Below are positions 58,067 to 64,000 of a DNA stretch of 64,000 bases, piece by piece. The notes under the pieces were generated by a model that worked only from the letters and a program-made list of their open reading frames with translations, had not been told where the DNA came from and searched no databases. The DNA lies in the NCBI GenBank assembly GCA_021158185.1, contig JAGGVC010000056.1, forward strand, positions 714 to 64,713, given 5' to 3'. This stretch comes from a bacterium. GTDB lineage: Bacteria; 4484-113; JAGGVC01. The position numbers were made by a program, and so were the translations under genes. Position 1 is the stretch's first letter. The number at the start of each line of letters is the position of its first letter.

Positions 58067-58630
58067 GTGAAGAAATCCGCTTCAGGTGTAAGCTTCTTTC
58101 GTGTTTTCGGACGGATTTTCGCAATTCTCTTCCTGCTCTTCTCGCTTGGATTCTTCGCCTGGGGGCTTTTCATGAGCGGGAAAACTGTTTTTCTGCAGTC
58201 CGTATGCGCCGAAGATGTGACCAGAGGATTCGATTTTGGACCGATCTGGCTCGATAGTGGACGAAATTACCGCGCACGGCTCGGAATGATTATCCCCGAC
58301 AGTGAAATGTTCTGGGAAACCACGTTTACTGTGCTCGATGCTGGTATGGCACCTGTTGAGAGCGAGACGGTCTTCCTCGACGTTACGCAGCCGGAGTTTG
58401 CGCCGGGAAGACATACCGTGAGGGACAACTATTTCATCCTGAATGGATCGAGTGGCTGGCATTTCTTCCGGTTCAAGCAGGTTTCAGGCACATACCCCGC
58501 GCCGGGCACGAGGGGAGCACCGGTTGCCAGTTTCGAACTCAGGCGGGGGATTGTGGAACCAAAGCTATGTTTCCTGGTTCTAATCTCCGGACTGGCAATT
58601 GCCGCAATACTGATTTTTCTTACGCGTTAA
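58067..58630 (+). CDS. Hypothetical membrane protein (TM helices at both termini)
   Basis: A GTG at 58067 follows GGAAGGA (track ORF starts at 57938). TM helices are FAILFLLFSLGFFAWGLF and FLVLISGLAIAAILIFL. Confidence 0.4.
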   Translation: MKKSASGVSFFRVFGRIFAILFLLFSLGFFAWGLFMSGKTVFLQSVCAEDVTRGFDFGPIWLDSGRNYRARLGMIIPDSEMFWETTFTVLDAGMAPVESETVFLDVTQPEFAPGRHTVRDNYFILNGSSGWHFFRFKQVSGTYPAPGTRGAPVASFELRRGIVEPKLCFLVLISGLAIAAILIFLTR

Positions 58631-58710
58631 CGGTTGCGGATGCACTGCCTTTAAGCTACAGCATCTGCAAGGCAAAGCTGGGCTGGATGTACTGAGAAGG
58701 CAAATGATTT

Positions 58711-59139
58711 ATGACGGATAAGAGCGGGAAAACTGGAGAGGGTGAGAATCACGACCGCAGGATATGCCCGAAGTGCGGACACACGATGGTGTACGGCGAA
58801 CTCTCGCATTCGGCGAACTTCGGCGTGACCAAGGACCCGCACTTCGTAACGAGCTACGGCTTCATGCAGGTCAGGTACGACCGCGCGACTCCGGTGGATT
58901 GCTTTATGTGCATGAGCTGCGGGTTCATCGAGCAATACGGCAGAACTCCGCTCTCCGTTCTCGACCCGATCGAGCGCCAGAAACTGATCAAGGATGAGTT
59001 CCCCGATCTGAAGGAATACCTCGAAAAGACCCGCGACAAGATAGATCGCGGCGACCGGATGTCAAGGCTAGACTCTTACGACGACAAAGACGATGAAGAT
59101 GAGGGCGATGACGAAGGCCCGAAACACATCGGGATATAG
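58711..59139 (+). CDS. Hypothetical zinc-ribbon protein with an acidic tail
   Basis: Two CxxC pairs, CPKCGH and CMSCGF. The C-terminus is Asp/Glu-rich (DDKDDEDEGDDEG). Confidence 0.5.
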   Translation: MTDKSGKTGEGENHDRRICPKCGHTMVYGELSHSANFGVTKDPHFVTSYGFMQVRYDRATPVDCFMCMSCGFIEQYGRTPLSVLDPIERQKLIKDEFPDLKEYLEKTRDKIDRGDRMSRLDSYDDKDDEDEGDDEGPKHIGI

Positions 59140-59261
59140 GAAAGGCGCATTCATCCATCTCGCTGCCGGTTATCGGACTGCCCCATTCTTACATATGTAA
59201 TAGCGATAGACTCGCTTTTCAAGTGCTCCATCGCACTATACGCCGTCGAGGACGGTTCGCA

Positions 59262-59870
59262 CTACTCAGGGAATGCAGTATCCGGTTTCCACACTTTCCA
59301 GACATTTCCTACAAGTTCGGGACCCGGCTTGAGAGTCGGTTTTCCAGGCGTCCAACCTGACGGCATGACTTCGCCGGTTTCACGAACATGGATGAATGCC
59401 TGCACCTGCCTGAAAAGCTCTGAGACGTTTCTCCCAACTGGAGGCGTAAGGATTTCCATCGCCTGGATTATTCCATCGGGATCAATGAGGAATCTCCCCC
59501 GAATATTTACGCCTTCAAGCTCGTCATAAACTCCGTAGGCACGTCCGATTGCCCCTCCAGAATCGGACAGCATCGGGAAAGGCACACCGCCCTCTACCAT
59601 CTTTGAAAGCTCATCCTCCTGCCACATCTTATGGACAAACTTGGAATCGGTGCTGACTGATAGAACTTCAACACCGAGCTTTTTGAGTTCATCGTATTTC
59701 ACGGCGACCGCCGAGAGTTCGGTCGGTCACACATACGTGAAGTCGCCAGGATAAAAGCAGAGGACAACCCACTTTCCGCTGTAATCCGAAAGCCTGATGT
59801 TCTCAAACCCACCATCAAAGTACGCACCCGCCTCGAAATCCGGTGCGGCATTTCCCACCAAAACACTCAT
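59262..59870 (-). CDS. Peroxiredoxin (AhpC/Prx1 type) with an in-frame TGA (predicted selenocysteine) at the peroxidatic position
   Basis: From the ATG at 59870 (AAGGAG 7 nt upstream) it reads [15 protein letters not shown]...[17 protein letters not shown](59727-59729)[16 protein letters not shown]. This continues in frame into track ORF 59262..59702, giving 202 codons in total. Confidence 0.8.
59700..59729 (-). promoter_or_regulatory. Candidate bacterial SECIS hairpin immediately 3' of the UGA
   Basis: The RNA UGACCGACCGAACUCUCGGCGGUCGCCGUG can fold two ways. One is GACCG(A)CCG/CGG-CGGUC. The other is CGGC-GGUC-GCCG, with a G/U-containing apical loop ~17 nt after the UGA. Confidence 0.35.
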
Positions 59871-60004
59871 CTTTTTTCTCCTTCAATATCAGATTCAGTC
59901 TGATCATCCGGGCAGGCTTTGCGCTGCGGGTAGTGCCCAGCAGGATTTATCAGCCCTGTGAATCGCGTATCCGAACTGAAACAGGCCTTTCTACCTATAA
60001 CCTG

Positions 60005-60841
60005 CTACTTGAAATAGGCGCGCTTGATATAATCCGCGTCAGGAAATGTCGCCTTGAACTTCTCAAGACCACCTTCTGCCGCCAGCCCCGGCTGATCCCT
60101 GAATTCGCAGCTGAAAAGTGAATCTGCAACATCCATCCCTTCAATAACCTCGCCGAATGCAGAAAATCCCTGTTGATCGAGCTTTGCTGAATTATCAACA
60201 AAATTTATGAAGATATGGGTACTGCGCGAGTCGGGCAGCGAGGATTTTCCGTATACTATCGTTCCACGCACGTTGCCCTTAATGACAGGCTCGTCCTTGA
60301 TCGTCGCTTCGCCCCACTTTTCGTTCAAAGCGGGATCGGCAGCAACGCCGCATTGCGCCACAAAGCCGTCGAGCACGCGAAACCATGGCGCGCCGTCGTA
60401 AAAGCCGGCATTTATGAGTTCCTTGAAGTGCGCAACGCCTATCGGCGCCCATTCTTCGTGCAGTTCAACAACAATGTCGCCCTTTGTAGTCTCAAAAACA
60501 ACGATGTTGCTTTCAGCCTTTTTCTCTTTTTCGTCAATCACGCCCTCTTCTCCCTCGGTTTTCCCTTCGGATTCTTCTTCAACAGTTACATCTTCGGTGC
60601 TTTCGCTCTCATCTGATTCTTCCTCGGCAGCTTCGTCCACCGCGGATTCCTCAGCATCACCCTCCTCGGGCTCTTGCGAGATTACATCGGGATCGTCGGG
60701 AGATGCCGGATCGACCGGCTGCTTCTGGGAAAAAGTAGCCGCTTCGCCATCACTTTCGCTTTCCGTCTCCAGGCATCCTGCGGCAATGAATGTAATTGCT
60801 GCAAGAAGCAGAATGGCAAATAAAATTACTGGTCGCATCAA
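60005..60841 (-). CDS. Cyclophilin-type peptidyl-prolyl isomerase lipoprotein with an acidic linker
   Basis: Lipobox FIAAGC. Cyclophilin core VVFETTKGDIVVELHEEWAPIGVAHFKELINAGFYDGAPWFRVLDGFVAQCG...HIFINF. Confidence 0.9.
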   Translation of the reverse strand: MMRPVILFAILLLAAITFIAAGCLETESESDGEAATFSQKQPVDPASPDDPDVISQEPEEGDAEESAVDEAAEEESDESESTEDVTVEEESEGKTEGEEGVIDEKEKKAESNIVVFETTKGDIVVELHEEWAPIGVAHFKELINAGFYDGAPWFRVLDGFVAQCGVAADPALNEKWGEATIKDEPVIKGNVRGTIVYGKSSLPDSRSTHIFINFVDNSAKLDQQGFSAFGEVIEGMDVADSLFSCEFRDQPGLAAEGGLEKFKATFPDADYIKRAYFK

Positions 60842-60941
60842 AAATCACCTCGAATGAAGAAACTAATAAACGAAGGAGATTTTATCATATCAATGCTGTA
60901 TCCGAGATATTCGCGGAATTATGGCTTTGCCCGTCTATTTT

Positions 60942-61790
60942 CTAGAAAGAAGGCAGCGGGGTGATTCCATCATCGTCGGGTGATGTGTCATCGGGATTTT
61001 CGGACGGCTCATCGGGTTCGATCTGCGCAGTCGGATCTTCGTCTGGTTTCTCGCCTTCATCAGCGGACACTTGTTCCTCCTTGGGCTTTTCTCCCACGCC
61101 GAACTTCATCCGGTCTACGATCCGTGTCAGGATCTCGCCCTTTTCGTCGGAAAGCGGGTAAGGGGCGACGAAATGAACGATGTAGATGTCCTCTGGTGAA
61201 ATGTAGTAGAACGCACCGCAGGCAAGCTTCTCTACCTGCCCGTTTTCAATCATTTCGATTAGTCCCGGCGGGAAATAGTCCGGCAGTTTCATACCAGGTC
61301 TAACACCCAGGCTGAAATCCTGCCGCAGGTGTTCCATTTCATCCTTGACGAATATAGTGTACGTAGGTTCGGATGGGGAGAGTTTCCATGCCTTCTGCCA
61401 CTTGTATAAATCGCTGTCGCCGATCAGATGGTAAAGTTCGGCGGTAGGCGTCGCGGTTATGAATGACTTGGAGAAGCCCTTCAGCCGATGCACGAATATG
61501 CCCCAGTCGCCCGCTATTAGGTTGAGCGGAAAATCAATGTCGTCGCCTTCGACAACGAGGAAGATATCGGTCTTGTACTCGTAATCCATGTTGAGTAGAA
61601 GACTGTGAGCCTGCATCCACAGCGGCATCGGATGTGTTTGTTCGATATCGACGGGACGCGGTATAAATCTCTCGGTACCGAAAACCGCAATAAGGGCGAC
61701 TATGATTATTGCTATCAGTGAGAACGCAGCTGTTCTGAGTGTCTTATCCACTTGAAGGAAGAACCTCTTTTCTGATTTTCTCAAGATCAT
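60942..61790 (-). CDS. Hypothetical membrane-anchored protein with an acidic C-terminus
   Basis: TM helix AAFSLIAIIIVALIAVFG. The start is uncertain because the track ATG overlaps the nusB 3' end by 47 nt. Confidence 0.5.
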   Translation of the reverse strand: MILRKSEKRFFLQVDKTLRTAAFSLIAIIIVALIAVFGTERFIPRPVDIEQTHPMPLWMQAHSLLLNMDYEYKTDIFLVVEGDDIDFPLNLIAGDWGIFVHRLKGFSKSFITATPTAELYHLIGDSDLYKWQKAWKLSPSEPTYTIFVKDEMEHLRQDFSLGVRPGMKLPDYFPPGLIEMIENGQVEKLACGAFYYISPEDIYIVHFVAPYPLSDEKGEILTRIVDRMKFGVGEKPKEEQVSADEGEKPDEDPTAQIEPDEPSENPDDTSPDDDGITPLPSF

Positions 61791-62262
61791 TGACGATGGA
61801 GCCGAGAATTCCGTTTACGAACTTGTTTGCTTCAGCCTCACCGTAAGCCTTTGCAATGTCGAGCGCCTCGTTGATCACGATCTTAATCGGCGTGTCTGTG
61901 AAAATGAGCTCTGCGAGGGCAATGCGGAGAACGACACGCTCAGGAAGACCGATTCTATCGTACGACCATTCCCAGGGGTAGTTGGTAAGTACCTTATCCA
62001 GCACTGGCGAGTTCTCTATTGTCAGAGCAGTCATTTTCATGAGAAACGCAAGATTCTCACCTTTGAAATGAGCATTTATGTTGCCTTCGGGGTCGGTCGG
62101 GTCGGTGTCGATGGGATTTGTGCATCGTTCGTGCACGAAGCTGTTGAGGTCGTCCGGTCTTTGAAATTCCGCCTCGAAGCAGATTTCAAAGAGCCTTTTG
62201 CGCGCTTTTCGCCTGGATGCCTGATGTTTCGTGCTGTCTTCTTTCTTAGGCTGATCGTTCAT
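61744..62262 (-). CDS. nusB: Transcription antitermination factor NusB
   Basis: RRKARKRLFEICFEAEF and RVVLRIALAELIFTDTPIKIVINEALDIAKAYGEAEANKFVNGILG. Start set at ATG 62262 (track 62301). Confidence 0.85.
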   Translation of the reverse strand: MNDQPKKEDSTKHQASRRKARKRLFEICFEAEFQRPDDLNSFVHERCTNPIDTDPTDPEGNINAHFKGENLAFLMKMTALTIENSPVLDKVLTNYPWEWSYDRIGLPERVVLRIALAELIFTDTPIKIVINEALDIAKAYGEAEANKFVNGILGSIVNDLEKIRKEVLPSSG

Positions 62263-62576
62263 CAATAACAACTCCGCAAACGGCTCATAACTTCTGAACA
62301 CACCCGCTCGAATTCACAATCCTGAAACCGGATGAGAATTCCTCGGGTATTGAAAGATCCAGATTATTTCAAACTGTTCAGGATTGCTCCTTAAGAGGCA
62401 ATAACTGCCGGGAATGCAACTTGCCTGCCAGAACGCAAGCGTAACTAGTATAACCCGACTTGAGGCTCACCGTTTCCTTTCCCGGCGTTGAGAGCAGATG
62501 AACATGCCTGGAATATTATGAGATGTTGGCGGATTTCAGGTTGCACTGACGAATCGCTCGTATGCGATGAACCTTT

Positions 62577-62585
62577 TGCTACAAT
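62577..62585 (+). promoter_or_regulatory. Extended -10 promoter element (TGCTACAAT)
   Basis: TGnTACAAT lies ~42 nt upstream of the ATG at 62627, with GGAGG as the SD. Confidence 0.45.
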
Positions 62586-62626
62586 CGGAGTCGAATAATC
62601 GGTCGCTTAGGTAGTGGAGGTTTTTT

Positions 62627-63679
62627 ATGCAGAAGGCAGTTCCTATCTTTGCAATTATTTTTGCGACGCTTCTCGCGCTGCTGAGTTTTTCGGGATGCAA
62701 TCCGGTTGGCAAGAAAATCGGTATGGCTGAAAAGGCGTTTGACCGCGGGGATTACGAGACTGCGCAGTTTGAATATTTCGAGCTCCTTTCATCGACATCC
62801 GGAGATGTACAGGAAAAGGCTGCACAAAGCCTATTCAACCGCGCAGCAGAACTCGTCAGCAGCTCATCGTTTGACCCGCATGATTACTTCGAATGGGCAG
62901 CGCTTTTCGACACGCTGCCAGAGTACAAGGCGAAACTGGATGCTGGTTTTGCAAAGAGCATAACAGCGCGCGCCCAGGCACTTCTCGATTCAGGCGAAAC
63001 GACCGAAAGCGCGATACTTATCGGTTATCTTCCAGATGGGCAAGATGACAACGGCCTTGGTGTACGCATTGCGCAGGCACACGAAGCTCGTCAAGAGGAA
63101 ATTTTCAACTCTGGAATGGAATGCTACAAGAACCACGATTATGACGGGGCAATCGCTGAATGGGAGACGCTCGATCCATCGGGCGAGCGAATGAAAGAAG
63201 CAAATGAAATAATCGATAGGATACCTGCAGAAAAGGAGAAGCAGTATATTCAGGAAGCGATGAAACGGCCTGTAGAGGGGATGACGGTTCTCGCTTCCGG
63301 TCCGTTAATGCGGATTATCTTTAACAGGATCAAGGGAAAGACGTTCGAGATGGAAACCGCAGGTGAGGGCAGGCAGTTTCTCAGAATTAACGCGAGGATC
63401 TCGAAGGACATTGAACTGTATGCATGGTACAAGGACGAGGGTAATTTCAAGAGCCTTGGTTCAATGCGCAGGGAGTTCGTGTGGCTTGTCGATGACGATC
63501 CTGAAATCGTAAAGCAGATCTACAAGCAGACAATTGCTTCCGACCACCCTATGGAAGTTGTGTATTTCATTAACACTCAGTATGGCCTTTACCGTGAGCA
63601 GGACATATACGTGTCAACCGAGATGAGCCCGTACAACGTTGATGATCTGAAGGAAATCGCAATCCTGTTGAAGTTCTAG
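62627..63679 (+). CDS. Hypothetical lipoprotein (helical, TPR-like N-terminal half)
   Basis: Lipobox LLSFSGC. The FDRGDYETAQFEYFELL and YKNHDYDGAIAEWETL motifs are TPR-like. Confidence 0.5.
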   Translation: MQKAVPIFAIIFATLLALLSFSGCNPVGKKIGMAEKAFDRGDYETAQFEYFELLSSTSGDVQEKAAQSLFNRAAELVSSSSFDPHDYFEWAALFDTLPEYKAKLDAGFAKSITARAQALLDSGETTESAILIGYLPDGQDDNGLGVRIAQAHEARQEEIFNSGMECYKNHDYDGAIAEWETLDPSGERMKEANEIIDRIPAEKEKQYIQEAMKRPVEGMTVLASGPLMRIIFNRIKGKTFEMETAGEGRQFLRINARISKDIELYAWYKDEGNFKSLGSMRREFVWLVDDDPEIVKQIYKQTIASDHPMEVVYFINTQYGLYREQDIYVSTEMSPYNVDDLKEIAILLKF

Positions 63680-63795
63680 TTTCAGCGTCAGCTCAGAATT
63701 TTATCGAGAACGAATGCAGGTTGAATCCTGATAATTTGGCGCAGTTGATTTCCCCAATGAGCCATTATCGCATGTTTTTTGAAACGAGTTATTGC

Positions 63796-63833
63796 AAAAA
63801 GAAGAAGAGGCGGTATAGACGCGCCTCTTCTTC
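63796..63833 (-). terminator. Rho-independent terminator
   Basis: A perfect 12-bp stem, GAAGAAGAGGCG/CGCCTCTTCTTC, with a 9-nt loop. On the minus strand it is followed by TTTTTG. Confidence 0.7.
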
Positions 63834-63854
63834 CATGATGATTCCTTGAAGGAT

Positions 63855-64000
63855 CTAATTGTAGATCTGTATGGTAACTTCCTCCCAGTTTGTTCCTCCA
63901 TCAAAGGTTCTATAAAGCTTGTCGGCACTCACAGCGAATACAACATCCTGATCGACTGCAGACAGTTTCGCAAATTCGCGCTCGAAAGTGGTCGGAAGGA
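63855..64000 (-). CDS. 3' end of a gene continuing beyond the window (BNR/Ycf48-like DGGxxW motif)
   Basis: The minus-strand frame is open from nt 64000: ...VVFAVSADKLYRTFDGGTNWEEVTIQIYN-stop (63855-63857). It is followed by the 63796-63833 terminator. Confidence 0.4.
   Translation of the reverse strand, partial: LPTTFEREFAKLSAVDQDVVFAVSADKLYRTFDGGTNWEEVTIQIYN

Noticed and set aside
1-64000. CRISPR arrays, rRNA and tRNA genes
   Set aside because: No regularly spaced direct repeats, no rRNA-like conserved blocks and no T-loop (GGTTCGAATCC-type) cloverleaf candidates were seen in any intergenic region. This was a by-eye scan, so tRNAscan-SE or Infernal should confirm it.

Overview
A 64-kb chromosomal window from an unidentified bacterium. 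By eye it is mid-GC; most genes have Shine-Dalgarno sites and several promoters look like extended -10 (TGnTAnAAT). I support about 55 protein-coding genes.

Gene content, in order:
- a 5'-truncated FN3/clostripain-like protease
- a 1027-aa secreted GGxDxY-repeat/HEAT protein
- two-subunit aconitase X
- a rho-hpt-guaA-IMPDH-like block
- an FAD oxidoreductase and a DUF4127-like gene
- a dockerin-tagged M6 metalloprotease lipoprotein
- a WbaP-type sugar transferase and a LarA-like gene
- clpC and purN
- a minus-strand membrane operon: XRE/S24 repressor, CPBP protease, LemA, and small membrane proteins
- a NurA-like/HerA-like pair, then rplY
- a CAP-domain protein and a DUF2344 gene
- type IV pilus genes pilB-pilT-pilC
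- two tandem ~1000-aa dockerin/PKD/beta-propeller-like lipoproteins, plus a truncated third copy
- gatCA, a DinB-family gene, MTAP, a cyclophilin and nusB

I saw no rRNA, tRNA or CRISPR array.

Most notable observations:
1. A peroxiredoxin has an in-frame TGA exactly at the peroxidatic-Cys codon. It is a probable selenoprotein that the ORF track split.
2. A ~0.4-kb non-coding repeat family occurs at three intergenic loci. It combines conserved end modules, hairpins kept by compensatory changes, a 12-nt palindrome and a GGA-dense purine tract. Both complete 3' ends abut gene remnants.
3. A ~370-nt unit bounded by a promoter and a terminator has no credible ORF and is a candidate structured RNA.
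4. A low-GC islet carries an IS3 transposase tail, a membrane ORF and a YD-repeat remnant.
5. The NurA-like/HerA-like pair has non-canonical motifs.

None of these is demonstrably a new multi-gene system from sequence alone. They are candidates, each given with an explicit test.
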